From Camelus dromedarius (taxonomy: Eukaryota): a stretch of DNA of 64,000 bases. The notes beneath the pieces are model-generated. The model was given only the letters and a program-made list of their open reading frames with translations. It had not been told where the DNA came from and ran no database searches. The stretch covers positions 120,034,001 through 120,098,000 of the forward strand of contig NC_087437.1 in assembly GCF_036321535.1 (NCBI RefSeq). Reading direction: 5' to 3'. Both the position numbers and the translations under genes were made by a program. Below are positions 49,613-61,545 of the stretch, piece after piece; the stretch's first letter is position 1; every line of letters starts with the position of its first letter.

Positions 49613-50026
49613 CCTCCAAACACTCAAGCCACTCCACCCGACCCAGCCCCGAGGGGACAGCGCTGAGAAGGGCCGCTGAGCCGACCCAGCCTTCCTCAGC
49701 CCCTTTCTGCGGCTCCCGTCCTGGGCTCCTGGAAAAGGCTCTTTCCTCTGCCTTTCCTCCCCCGCCCTGGTCCTGCTGTGGGTCCACCGCCCACCTGCCC
49801 GGCTGAGCTCTCTTTGAATAGACTTGCTTGTGGGAACATTTTTAGGAGAAAGTTAAAGAAAAACACATCTGATGGAAAAAACCATAAATAGATTCTTTCA
49901 GGCAGCCAGGCGTTGGCAGGGGAAGCCTAACCTTTCTGCCGGCCCCGGGCTCCGCGCTAAGCGTCCTACACCTGCTTTCTGCTACCGGTCGCGACAGAGC
50001 CGTGCCCGGCGGCAGGCGGTTAGCAG

Positions 50027-50190
50027 TCACGGGGCGGGCTGGGCCCCGGCCCCCATGCCTCTGGGCTCTGAGGTGCTTCCTGGCTTTGTCTTCTGGTTCC
50101 GCTCGCGGGTGGCCACGAAGTTCAGCAGGTCAATGGCGCTGACAACCCCGAACACTGTCTGCCTCTTACTGGCCTCCCGGTGGCTGTGGT
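50027..50190 (-). CDS. CBS: CBS last coding exon: (Y)[53 protein letters not shown]
   Basis: Acceptor cctcctcag; [14 protein letters not shown] matches the end of CBS2; TGA at 50029-50027. Confidence 0.93.
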
Positions 50191-50608
50191 CTGAGGAGGG
50201 ACAAGGCCGCAGGTTTAGGGGGGCCTCCGCCCGGGCAGGTCTGAGGCAGCCGCGCCCACCCCCAGGCGCCGTCGGGGACCAACCCCGCCTGCTGCCCTGA
50301 GCCCAGGTGTCCCAGGGCGGCACCCAAGGCAGCCCAGTGACAAGGACCGTCTCCCCCGACACCAGCCAAGTGGGCTGAGCCGCAGAGAGCAGAGTGCTGA
50401 CTCCTCTGAGCTGTGCCCCCTGGGGCTGCCTGAGCGGTGCGTGGTCTCCCTCGGTGCCCCAGGCTCGAGTCCCAGCACTGCTCACCCCCACCACCAGCAG
50501 CTGGCGTCTCTGCCCACAGTTCCGTCTGCAAACCCACGCCTTTCCCTCAGACTTAGAATGAATGCCCCTGGTCTCCCCCCGCCAGCCTCCAAGAGCAGAG
50601 AGGGTGGT

Positions 50609-50985
50609 TGAGATGGTTAATTTTCCACTTCAACTTGACTGGACCCCGAGTGCCCTGAGAGCGGTCAGACACCATCCTGGGTGTCTCCAGATGGTGTCAG
50701 TGCCTGGTTGGAGGGACCTAGTAACACAGATGCCCTCCTCAGTGCGGGGGGCGGGGGGCCGTCCAATCCGTCGAAGGCCGGAATAGAACAAAAAGGCAGA
50801 GCCTCCAAGAGTAAGAGGGGACCAGTCCTGCCTTCGGGCTCGGGAGGGAACGCTGACTCCTGCCTGGGCTCGAGCCCGCCCAGTCATGTACAGATCTTGG
50901 GACTTCCCAGCCTATCAGCCAGTTAAGCAAATCTCTCTCCACACATCCTGTTGGTTCTGTTTCCCGGGGGAACCTGGACTGAGAC
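50609..50985 (+). mobile_element. MLT2 (ERVL) solo LTR in the last CBS intron
   Basis: gatggttaatttt...tcaacttgactgg start and cacacatcctgttggttctgtttc...gaacctggactgagaca end. Confidence 0.8.
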
Positions 50986-51269
50986 AGTGTCATGGAGCAC
51001 AAAGAGGGCCGGCAGAGCTGAGCACGGGTGGGAGACACCCAGGTCTCATCCCATTCACCAGCCCCACATCCCTGTCTGTCCCCCATGCCTTTGGGGCAAA
51101 GGTCGCACAGGGTGGGGGTGGGGGAGGCACAGAGGGGCCTGGCATCCCACTGGCCTGCTTGGAGCACCTCAGGAACTTTTGGGCAAAGGGGAACTTTGGA
51201 GAAGCTGTGCGCCCCCCAGGAGGGGGCGATCTGAGGGGCCTCCAGGCCCCCCAGGGGACACCATCCAGA

Positions 51270-51400
51270 GCAGGGTTGGCAAACTTTCTGTAAAGGGCTG
51301 TGTGCTCTGTAATGACCACTCAGCTCTGCCCACACAGCACAGAAGCAGCCGTGGACCTGTTTTCAGGCATGGCTGTGTCCAAGGAAAACTCACTTATAGA
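51270..51400 (+). mobile_element. MER58-like hAT DNA transposon fragment
   Basis: cagggttggcaaactttctgtaaagggc...actcagctctgcc...gcatggctgtgtcc. Confidence 0.7.
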
Positions 51401-51562
51401 CCTGACTCTGGAACCCAGGTCGGGGTGTGTGGATGTTCAGACATGAGTTGACGTGACATTAAGGGGAGGGAGCTCCCAGCCCGGCTCGGGACCTGGGGCC
51501 TGGACGCCCTCCTTTGCAGTCAGGGGCTGCGATGCTGAGCACAGCCGAGCGGGGGTACGTAC

Positions 51563-51604
51563 CTGCTGGCCCCCCCACCACTCCTGACAAGGCCAGGTCC
51601 CGTG
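51563..51604 (-). CDS. CBS: CBS 42-nt alternative (cassette) exon, encoding SRDLALSGVVGGPA in the spliced frame
   Basis: Minus strand reads ctaac...ccttggctccacag|CACGGGACCTGGCCTTGTCAGGAGTGGTGGGGGGGCCAGCAG|gtacgt. Phase 1-1, frame preserving, and resembles the known 14-aa alternative exon of rodent and human CBS. Confidence 0.85.
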
Positions 51605-52005
51605 CTGTGGAGCCAAGGACGGGAGAGGGGTTAGATGGGGCACCTGGGCCCCAGGACCAGCCTTGGCAGCAGAGTGGTCAGGCCCCAAGGCCCTCCCGAT
51701 TCTTGTGATTTCTACAGCCCTTGTCCTCGCCCAGAACCAGGACACCCCCGGTCTCTGGAGACACAGTGAGGAGGCCCGGGAAGGGCCCTGGGAGCAGGTT
51801 ATCAGCCCCACGAGCTTGTTGGGGGCGGGCACCCAGGTGGACCCTTCTGGGATCTGCACCCAAGGCTGGGGGTGGCTGACGGTCAGCACCTCAGACTCCC
51901 CAGGCTCCCTGTGAGCTCATGGCAGGAACGTGCACACGGAAGCTGGGCGCTCAGTGGCCGGCACTCCGGCTCCCAGCACCCCGGCCCCCAGAGAGCCCCA
52001 CTTAC

Positions 52006-52090
52006 ACTGGATCTGCTCGTGGACCACCAGGACGAAGTGGTCAGTCTCCAGGATGTGTGAGAGCTTGCCCAGCGGGTCCGTCAGGAAGAT
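52006..52090 (-). CDS. CBS: CBS exon: [28 protein letters not shown]
   Basis: 85 nt, acceptor ctcttccag, donor gtaagt. Confidence 0.96.
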
Positions 52091-52329
52091 CTGGAAGAGA
52101 AGCCACGGTCAGCACTCACCAGCCAGCCCAGCCCGGCCCAGCCCAGCCAGAGCCTGAGGCCTGCTGTCCCTGCGGTCCCCGTCTGCCAGGCCCTCCGAGG
52201 AACGGAGCACCAAGCAACAGGAGAGGCTGCCTCCCTCCAGAAGGTTCTCTTGGACCTCTTGTTGATTTAGACACTGAAGGAGATGTGACGTGTGTAAAAG
52301 GACACTTGGATGAGCTGGAAGGCTCCGTG

Positions 52330-52700
52330 CATACTGCTAATCACAAGAGCCAACTGGGGCAGCTCCCCATGTGTGACCCCACCCGTGACATTCTGGAAAA
52401 GGCAAAACTCCTAAGATCGGTGGTTGCAGTGGGTCAAGGATGGAGGGAGAAACAGGAGGGAGCCAGGATGTGGGGCCACACGGTGCGATGCTCTGACGAG
52501 ACACGTCACCGCATGCGTGTCACGGCCCACACAGCTGCAGAACCCGAAGACTGAGCCCTTGTGTCAGCTGGGGACGTCGGTCACTAACGACGTGATATCC
52601 GTCACCGTCGTAACAAATTCTGGATCGGTGCAAGAGGCGACGGCACAGGGCTGTGAGGGCGGGAGCGTGGGGGCTCCCTCCGCACCATCTGCTCAGCAGA
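52330..52700 (+). mobile_element. Degenerate L1MC/MD-type 3' fragment
   Basis: tgacattctggaaaaggcaaaact...gatcggtggttgc motif. Confidence 0.55.
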
Positions 52701-54880
52701 CAGAGTGAGAACTGGCAAGGGTTTTAAAAAGGACATCGAAGGTCCATCTTTCGAAGGAAAATAGAACTGGACTCACCCGGCATTCACGGGAAGCGAGTTC
52801 CCAAGATGGGAGAGGGGCTTTGGGGGGCACAAGACAGAGCAAGTCTGGGGAGGGAAGGTCAGGGGGTGGGGTCGGAGAGACCAGCCACTGCGCAGGAGGG
52901 GCGAGGCTGACCCCCACCTCCAGACCCACCACCCCACTCGGTCCACAGGTGTATGTGGGTCCACGTGGAGCCACCCCCTTCCTCCCCACACACCGCCAGC
53001 GCCTGGCCCAGCTCACGCCCCAGACCCCGGAAATGCAGGGAGGGGGCAACCCCAGGGTCCCTGTCTCAGCCCAGCTGCCTTGGAACCCGGAAGTCGCAGC
53101 AGCCAGATGCCCGGGAGGAAGATGTTTGCTCTGGGCAAGAGGCTTAAATGGCCCTGATCTTGGTCTCTGCAATCACTTCTGAGGACGCTCTTCATCAGTT
53201 TAGCCCCCTGGCCGGGGGGAGCTGGTTACGCCCTTTCCTGACCTTCCACGTGTGAGAGGACCGGGCGCCTGGTGGTCCCCAGGGAGTCAGGCCTGGGGCG
53301 ATGGAAGGTGACCTCCCTGCACTTGGAACTCACTTGAGGCCACAGTTCCTTTTACCAAGATCTTTGTGGCTTTAAACAACCCCCAGGGAAGGGGGCGAGC
53401 AGGAAGGTGGGGGTACAGAGAAAGCGGAGTGAACTTGACAGCTTGCCACTCAGCTTTTTCAAAGCGATGGAAACTGGAAAGGCTCAGGCAGCCTGGGACT
53501 CCACCGCAGGGCTCCTCCCGACCCGGTCAGGGTGCCGGGCTCCTGCAAGGGGACTTCCAGGAGGAGTCCTGTATCCCACATGCCTGGAGTTACACCCCAG
53601 CCCCAGGTGTCCCTTAGTGTCACCATGGCACCAGGTCCTCTGTTTATGATCCCGGACCTAGACAGTCCTTTATGGATCCAGAGGGTCCTCACCCCCACAA
53701 CCCTCACTACCATGGGTTTTCTGGGAGGGGCCGCAGGGGCTGGATGAGCAGGTGACACTGGGCACCGTGCTTCCCACTCAGTGACCACTGGGGCCAGGAC
53801 AGCTTCTTGGAGCTTACACTGTGGGGGGAGGGCAATGAATGCTCCGAGAAACACTCCCAACGTGCTAGGTGCTGGGCCCTGGGGTCAGGGAGGCCAAGAG
53901 GAGGGGGGCTTTGAGCTGAGACCTACAGCTGGGGTGTGGTGGGGGGTGCCAGGTGGAGACAACTGGGGTAAAGGCGGCAGGACAGAACTGCCCCTTTGAG
54001 AACCGGGACAGGTGGACTGGAGGAGGGGAGAGAGCTGGGGGTCGCAGCATCAGGACACTCTCCAGGGGGGCTGGGGTTGACAGGGACGGACAGGACCCCA
54101 CCTATGCCTCCTGCAGTCTCTCCAGCTGCGGGGAGTGAGAGCCCGGATGAGGGACCTGCAGGGACCACCCTAGAGGTGGTGGCAGTGGGGTGGAAATGGC
54201 GAGAAATACCAGATCCTGGCAGCATCTCAGCTCCGTGTATGGTGGGGAAGAAGGAAACCCAATCCATTCCAAGACCTGGGCTCAACCCCCTTGCCCTTCG
54301 AGTGTAAAACAGCCACCAGCTCTCCACCCCCTTCACTTGGGGGTCAGTCGAGGAAGGCACTGCCAAGTGTCAGGTGTCGGGGGCCACGAGGCTGGGGACT
54401 GGGGCTGCCCCGACTCCACCTGCCCTCGGGGACACAGGCCCACCACAGGGTGGCCACCACCTCAGGAGGACCACAGGGTCCGAGTGGCCCCGCACAGCAG
54501 GGCCTCCCAGCTCTTGTGGAATCATCGGGTGTGCCCAGTACTCTTAAATGGAAGCGTGCGCAGGACAGGATCAGGGCGCGGCGCCAGGGAGCAGGGTCAG
54601 GCCGGCAGACACCTGGCTCGGCTGGACTGAGGGTCTCTGGGCTTGCGAGTGACCCTGGCATTGGCCGGGTATGGACTTGGCGAGCCCTCACCCACGTGGG
54701 CCCCTCCCCAACCTGGGCCTCTCGGTTTGCAAAGCTGGGGCAAATTCTCAGATATATGGGTCTGATGGGGTCCAGCCAGCACTGGCCCAACAGATGCCAG
54801 GGAAGAGCTGAGGGCCAAGCCCTGCCTTCCAGGACGGAGCTGGTCTCAGCGCCAGCTGCCCGGGCGAGTGGGGCTCGCAC

Positions 54881-54989
54881 CTGCTTGAACTGCCTGGAGA
54901 CGACTTTGCGAACTTGGTCCGACGGCCGCACCTTCCCCGCGAGCAGGGACGACAGCATGTTCCCCAGAGTCACCATCCCCAGGACGGCC
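54881..54989 (-). CDS. CBS: CBS exon: [36 protein letters not shown]
   Basis: 109 nt, acceptor ttccccag, donor gtgcga. Confidence 0.96.
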
Positions 54990-55665
54990 CTGGGGAAGAG
55001 GGGACGGGGCAGGGGTCAGCACGGGTGCCCCTCCGCCTGTGAGACAGCAGAATTCTGCACAGCCGCCCTCGGGGTCGAGCGTGGAACTCTTCTTAGAATT
55101 CAACCACCGCCCGCCCAGGGTCTCCGTGTGGCAGAAGCACAGCAGCGACCAGGTGCCCTGCCTTGACACCGACTGTCCAGTGCAGGGAGACAGGAACCCA
55201 CGCCCTTTGGGTGTCTCCATTCTGACTGGTGTCAAAGGTGAACAACTGGCCAGTGTCCCAGGACACAGGACTTTCAGGGCTGGAACTGGACAGTTCTGGG
55301 AGAAACTGGATGGTTGGTCACTGTCACCAGGGCATGTCTGCCATGGCCTTCCACTGTTAGGCACGTCCTCAGAGCAAGGCCAGGTTGCTATACCCGGCTC
55401 CTGTGCACACACTGGGTGCAGTGGGGTGGGACCAAGGCGTTAAGGCCCAGAGGATTAACATGAGCAGCCCCCACCCTGGCCAGTCCTCAGGGACCAGCGG
55501 TCCAATGCTCTGAGCATCTGTATATACAGTGGCCAAGGTCAGCCAGCCAGCTTTGGGTGCACCAGGCTGCCCGGCCCGCGCTGCAGACACAGGAGGGAGG
55601 GGCACAGGCCGCAGGCTCCCGGCAGAGCCCAGAGGGCCGAGCTCTGGGTGGCGGCGGAGACTGAC

Positions 55666-55800
55666 CCCGATTCGTCCACCACGGGCGCCTGGTCGAAGCC
55701 CTTCTCCCGGAGGATCTCGATGGTGTGCTCACAGGTGACCGTGGGCAGCACTGTCAGCGGAGCCGACAGGCTCAGCTCCTGAACTCTGAGGTGCCACCAC
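55666..55800 (-). CDS. CBS: CBS exon: [44 protein letters not shown](G) (CBS1 domain)
   Basis: 135 nt, acceptor cccctcag, donor gtcagt. Confidence 0.97.
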
Positions 55801-55906
55801 CTGAGGGGAGAGGGCACGGTGGGGGCTGTGAGCCGGGTCCCGGGAACTCAAGCCCCAACCACGTGGGTGGCTGCCAGGAGTGGTCTCTGCAAAGAGGCGC
55901 CCTCAC

Positions 55907-55984
55907 CATGGCTTCTTCACTGTAAGGTCCTCCTCCTTCATGAAGCCCTTCTGCAACATCCACTTGTCACTCAGGAACTTGGAC
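55907..55984 (-). CDS. CBS: CBS exon: [25 protein letters not shown](W)
   Basis: 78 nt, acceptor ctgcag, donor gtgagg. Confidence 0.97.
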
Positions 55985-57368
55985 CTGCAGCCGCAGAAGA
56001 CACCAGGCCTGGCACAGGGTCTCACCACTGCCTCTGCCCACACCGAGGGGACACGGTTCTCAGAGAGAGAAAGTGCAGCATTTCTGCCCAGACCCCAAGG
56101 GTCCAGCAGAGACTCCACGGGGCTGGCTGGAAGCTCCACCAAGCGGCCTGAGAGCTGGACTCCAGAGAGAGCCCCTAGGGAGCTGTGGCCGACGGGGGCG
56201 CCTGGCCCACCAGGGCCGCACGAGCTCAGAGAACGGGAAGAGGTTCTGTCCCGGGTACTGTGACATCCCGTACCCCTGCTCAGGGCTCCCCGGGCGGCCA
56301 CTTCCCTGGCCATCCTCACGTCTGCTCTAGCTGAGTCCCACCTGGGGTCAGAGGGCGCCAGACCATGCCTTGGGGGCTGCCAGGGACCTGCCCTAAAAAG
56401 GCAGGCGAGGGCCAACCAAGTGTGGGTCAGAGATGACCCACAGACCCCAGGACCAGACGCAGGTGCAGAAGACACGTGTGCGCACACATTCATTCACCCA
56501 CACTCCCATCACACACACGTGTGTGTACACGGCAGGCCAGCCAGGCACATGGAGAGATGACCGTCTGTTTTCATGCACCGAGTCGGGGAGGCAGGCGGTG
56601 CAGCTCAGGGCAGCTCAGCAGGGGACCCTGAGGTGACTCGCCCCCAACTGGAGACCCAGCCTGGGACATCTGAGCTCACCCAAGGTGTATAAGCTGCCGC
56701 TCCCGAGCCAGGGAGGAAGCTGGAGGATCCAAGGGTCTGTGAGGGCGGTCTTTAGGCCCCTGCCCCCTCCCTCCCACACAACACCCTTGGCACTTTCGGC
56801 TGGTGACCTCCGGCAGGCCGTCAGCCCAGAGGACGGGAATTCAAAGCGGAGGCTGTGAGCTGCCACGTGGGGAGAGGGCTTGTGCGGGTGTGCAGAAGCA
56901 GCACCATCAGATCGAAGGAGCCTCGGGGGCCGTGGCTCAGACATTGCACAGCATGTCCCCAGGCTGCTGACCCCAGCCAGGGTCTCCTCGGTCAAGGCCA
57001 GAGGGTGGGTGAGCCAGTGGGTGGTGGGCAAGGGGCGGGGACCTGTTCTGAGGGCGGCCCGTCTTCCTCCCCCTCCTCCTCCCTTGGCTGGAGGTTAGGC
57101 CCAGAGAGCTCAGAGAAGCAAGGGGGCCAGAGGGGTGGCCCCTTGGGGAGGTCTGTCCGGCCTGTCGGTGCGGGCACTGACTTCAGAGGCATCTGGGAGC
57201 CCCGAGCCGGGGACGAACAGGCTGAGAAAACGTGAACTCCCGGGACCCCCAGCCTGCCTCCTTCCTGCCGTCAGCTGTCAGCGCAGACCCCCGGGGGCAG
57301 TGACAGTGACAGCTCAAGTGCTGGAGGAAGCGGAGGGGGAGGGGCAACAGAGGGGGAGCGCGCCTCAC

Positions 57369-57474
57369 ATGTAGTTCCGCACGGAGTCGGGCAGGATCAC
57401 CACGCAGCGCTGGCCCTCCTGCAGCTCCCGGGCGGCCTTCACGGCCACGGACATGGCACTGCCGGCACTGCCAC
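57369..57474 (-). CDS. CBS: CBS exon: [34 protein letters not shown](M)
   Basis: 106 nt, acceptor cggcag, donor gtgagg. Confidence 0.97.
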
Positions 57475-57757
57475 CTGCCGAGAGGGCCTGGGGGTCAGAC
57501 CTGCCGGGGCGCAGTGTGCAGCTATGTGTGCAAGGGGAGGAGCTAGGAGAACGTGTACGTTCTCCTCGATACCACGGAGCCTCACGCCTGCTCAGGGTTT
57601 CAGAACCAAACCCTCACCCGGAACCCCAAAGCCTTGGAGCAGATGGGGGGCAGGCGGGTGGGGCAGCCTCAGAACGAGGGAGGGCATCCTCACACGCTGG
57701 CCTGGAGGCTGGCGGAGGGCAAGCAGCCAGCCGCCCGCAGCCCGGCGCCCCGCTCAC

Positions 57758-57842
57758 CGCACAGCAGCCCCTCCTGCGCGATCAGCATGCGGGCGAAGGC
57801 GAAGGCGTCCTGGTCATTGCTCTTGAACCACTTGTCCACCAC
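57758..57842 (-). CDS. CBS: CBS exon: [28 protein letters not shown](G)
   Basis: 85 nt, acceptor ccgcag, donor gtgagc. Confidence 0.97.
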
Positions 57843-58452
57843 CTGCGGGCGGCCGAGGGCAGGTGGTCAGCCAGGCGGCGCCGGGAGCTTGGCACTTGGG
57901 TGGTTCTGGGTAGGGCGGGCAGGGAGCCCACCATCTGGTCTGCACCCTCCCTGCCGGCCTCAGCCCAAGTGGCCGCGACCCTCCAGGGGTGTGGCCTGGC
58001 CCCTCGTCTGGGATCTGGGACTCGCTCTGCAGACCCAAGGCTTCCCCCGCCTCCGTCGAGCACATTGTGCGCCTGGGGCTACTAAAACTGCGTGCCAGCC
58101 CTGTTGCATGGCCACGCTCCTGGTCTCTCGGGCCAAGCGTCCTCTAGCATCCTCACAGAGAGCCTTTCCTGCGGTCCCACCGCCCATGTTGGCCTGCTTG
58201 CCTGCCTCAGCTGCCTGCTCCCTCCCTCTGCAGGGGCCTGATCTGTGTGCAGGCTGGACGTGCCACCCCTCCCCCCCTACAGCGGCCTCCGTATCTGCTC
58301 CGTGGGGCCACTGCACGCGCTCATCATGGCCACAGGACTGCGTGTACCAAGTCTTGGCCCCCGGGACTGTGCACCAGGGCTCGCTTCTCTGCTCGTGGTC
58401 AGCGGGTGCAAGGGTGCGACCTCAGGCTGGGCCTGTCATTGCCCCCGCCTAC

Positions 58453-58578
58453 CGTCCGGTCCAGCACTGTGGGGACAAAGTCATAGCCGATCCCCTCCAC
58501 CTCGTAGACCGTCTGCTCCGTCCGGTTCAGCTCCTCGGGCTCTGCAAGGATGGAGCCTTCGGGGTCCACCCCAATGAT
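58453..58578 (-). CDS. CBS: CBS exon: [42 protein letters not shown]
   Basis: 126 nt, acceptor ctcttcag, donor gtaggc. Confidence 0.97.
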
Positions 58579-59345
58579 CTGAAGAGCGGGTGGCGTCAGG
58601 GCTCACATCTGGGAAAGTCTCACCTGGCCGCGTGCGGCTATGCTTGGGGTGAGGGCCCCCTGCTGTTCCCAGGTCTCAGGGGCAAGACTGGAAGCCCAGA
58701 AACCCAGGCCTGGCACTGGGAGGTGATGAGGCAAACCCCAGCTCCGGGCACTCGGGGTGGGTGGCTCGAGGCTGGGGAGGTGGCCTCCTGGGAAGCCCCC
58801 CACGTGCAGGGTGCCCCAGGACAGCCTCGAGAGATGACCCCTGGGACAGCAGTCTGGGGGCAAGGGGCGGTGCTGGGACTGCCCTTCCCAGACGGCACAG
58901 AGACCGGCTGCAGGGAAGAGCCACCAGTGGGGCGTCTCCCTGAGCCCCTCCCCAGGCCCACTCAATTCCAAATCCAGGTGCCCGTCCCTGGCTCTCAGAG
59001 CCCCTGGCAGGGCAGCCGCAGGACATGGACCTGAGTGCTTATGGCTTCTGGAATGATCCTTCGAGGCCACCCAAATTGACTCCCCCCCAACCCTGGCTCA
59101 TCTGGGGGCCCGTCGTGGGCTGCTGGGCCATTTATCTCCAGGCAGGTGCAGGCGCGCCCACCGTGTGAGACACAAGGCTGTCTACACAGAAATGGCAGGG
59201 ACGAGAACCTTCCGCTCTACCCAACGCCAGAGAGCTTAACGATGAAGCCTCCAACGGCAGCGCAGGCCTCGGATGGGAAACGCACTCACGTCCAGGCCCA
59301 CCTCTCCCGGACAGGGCGGCACCCTCGCAGCCCCGGGCCGCTCAC

Positions 59346-59437
59346 CTGGCACCCCGGGCACTTCTCCTTCAGCTTCCTGGCGATGCCCGTGATGGTGCCG
59401 CCCGTGCCCGCGGAAGCCACCAGCATGTCCAGCTTCC
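59346..59437 (-). CDS. CBS: CBS exon: [30 protein letters not shown]
   Basis: 92 nt; GTGGT and CPGC motifs; donor gtgagc. Confidence 0.97.
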
Positions 59438-60319
59438 CTGAGGGGGAGATGCTGCGTCAGGGAGAACGTTCTCGGCCGGCCGTAACGGCCAGCCCACCAC
59501 TCTCAATAATGTGCAAAAACATACTCAAGCACACGGAAGACGGGTTGTCAAAAAGCTCTAAAGAAACTGTTCTCAAATTTAAAACCTCTGATCACAGTCC
59601 TTTATCTTTAAGAGGCGTTGACAGTGACAGGGACCCGGAGTCCTCACTGAAGTCTTTGCTAAAGGACAGACGCCACTGAAATCCCTGTCTGTCCTGAATC
59701 TGTGAGTCGTAGGTAAGGTGGCGTCCTGTGGGGGGCAGGGCACCGGGCTGAGGGCTGAGCCCGGGAGCGGCCCCTCACACTTTCCTGAGCTCTCTGGTTT
59801 TGTTCGACGTGAGTAAGTGGGCTGAATTATGAAATGAACTGGCATAAATCACTCAGCTCGGCTCAGACATCGTCTGGGCTCTCAGGGGGCCCAGGGGCCA
59901 GCTCGGGCACCTGCAGACAAGTCAGCACGGGCCCCTGTGATGAGGCAGAAAGGCTGGTTTTGCCAAATGAGAAGATTCTCACACATAAAACCTGGGTGAG
60001 CAAATGCCCGGACTCTGCTGCCTGGCTCCCGGGCACGGAACGAGGTGCATTTAAGCCAACATCAGGCTCCAACAGGAAGCCAAGGCGGGTGCCAACCCCC
60101 TGGAACTCGTCCTGAAAATCTCTTAGGGAGATGGCCCATCAGGAAACATCACAACCCCAACCGGCCTTGGCACCAAATGTGTGGAGAGGTTCCAAGATGC
60201 CTCCTGTCCATACAGAGTAGGACGTCACCACCCCAGACCTGGAGATGAGAAAACCTGAATGTTGAATTCAGTGCCAAGTTGGGGCTTGATGCCAAGTGCC
60301 AATCAGCAATGTGACACCC

Positions 60320-60560
60320 CTGCTGTGAGCCCCGTACCAGCCTGGGACACACTTGTTCCCTGTGCTCAGGAGCTCCTATAGGTTTGGAGGAAAGATGGCT
60401 AGGTAAACAAAGACGGTATGTTTGATATTATAGGAGAGGCAAGGGCAAAGTCCAAGAGAACACCATAGAGGCCGGAAACTGCTCTAGGGAAATGCTCTAG
60501 AAAACATTTTATAGAGAGGGGACATTTGAGCTGGGTTTTGAAGGATGAGTAGGAGTTTAC
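60320..60560 (-). mobile_element. L2 fragment
   Basis: ccctgtgctcaggagctc...gacatttgagctgggttttgaaggatgagtaggagtttacc. Confidence 0.55.
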
Positions 60561-60630
60561 CAAGGAGAGGGTAAGTAACTTCTACACTCCCAGTCAAGAT
60601 GGACAGCAGGGTTAGGCTAGAAGTACACAC

Positions 60631-60700
60631 CGTCACACTGCTGCAGGATCTCCTCGGCCGTGATGTCATAGTGGGCAAGGGGGTTGCTGGCGTTGCGGTA
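60631..60700 (-). CDS. CBS: CBS exon: [23 protein letters not shown](G)
   Basis: 70 nt, acceptor ttttctcacag, donor gtgtgt. Confidence 0.96.
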
Positions 60701-61210
60701 CTGTGAGAAAAGACAGCAGAGGAGCCATGTTCAGGTCGATGCACAGAACTGGCAGCAGCCACAGGGCGCCAGGCAAACAGCTCAGCGCAAGCTGGAGAGG
60801 ATCCCAGCAGCTCAGAGAAGGACACAGGCACCTCAACAGATGCCAAGCACTAAGACCAACTCTCCAGAAGACGCGATTTCTGAATTAACCCAGAAGTGGA
60901 ACAAGTGGCAGAGAGCTTCCAGCAAGAAGCTTTTCATGTCTGATGCCTGTAGAGAGCGTCCCAGGCCCTCTGCAAAGGGCCTTCCAGCCCAGTGGGCGGA
61001 GCGGACAGCAGAGGCAACAGCCTGGCCGACCCCGCTGGCTGGGGGACCTGAACGGGCCGGGAGCAGCCAGCGACCCCGTGCCAGCACCTCAGTCACCTCT
61101 GCAGCACGCGTGCAACACCACCCCCAAGCCCCTACAGAGCCCCCCCGGGAGGGCCCCACTGAGGTCCCAACCGCTGGGCACCTACTCGCCCCCGGGCCCT
61201 GGCGCCTCAC

Positions 61211-61345
61211 CTGGTCCAGGATGTGGGAATTGGGGATCTCATTCTTCAGCCTCCAGGCAACCCCTACATGTGACTCGGGGGAGTCGAATCTGGCTTGGGT
61301 GGGAGTTCTCACGATCTCAGCCCCCAGGGCGCGCAGGACATCCAC
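61211..61345 (-). CDS. CBS: CBS exon: [45 protein letters not shown]
   Basis: 135 nt, acceptor ctgcag, donor gtgagg. Confidence 0.97.
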
Positions 61346-61465
61346 CTGCAGAGGCACGCTGCGGCCTTCATTGCACTGCCAGGCCTGCAGCGCGGGGACG
61401 GGGGCCCGGGAGACGCCCTGCCCCACACCTCCCCAGCTCTCCGCCCCCAGCACCCCAGGCCCCAC

Positions 61466-61545
61466 CTTCTCCGTGCTCATCTTCTCTGGCATCACGATGA
61501 TGCAGCGGTAGCCCTTCACAGCGGCAGCCAGAGCCAGCCCGATCC
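61466..61545 (-). CDS. CBS: CBS exon: [26 protein letters not shown]
   Basis: 80 nt, AG/GT boundaries, CBS translation. Confidence 0.97.
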
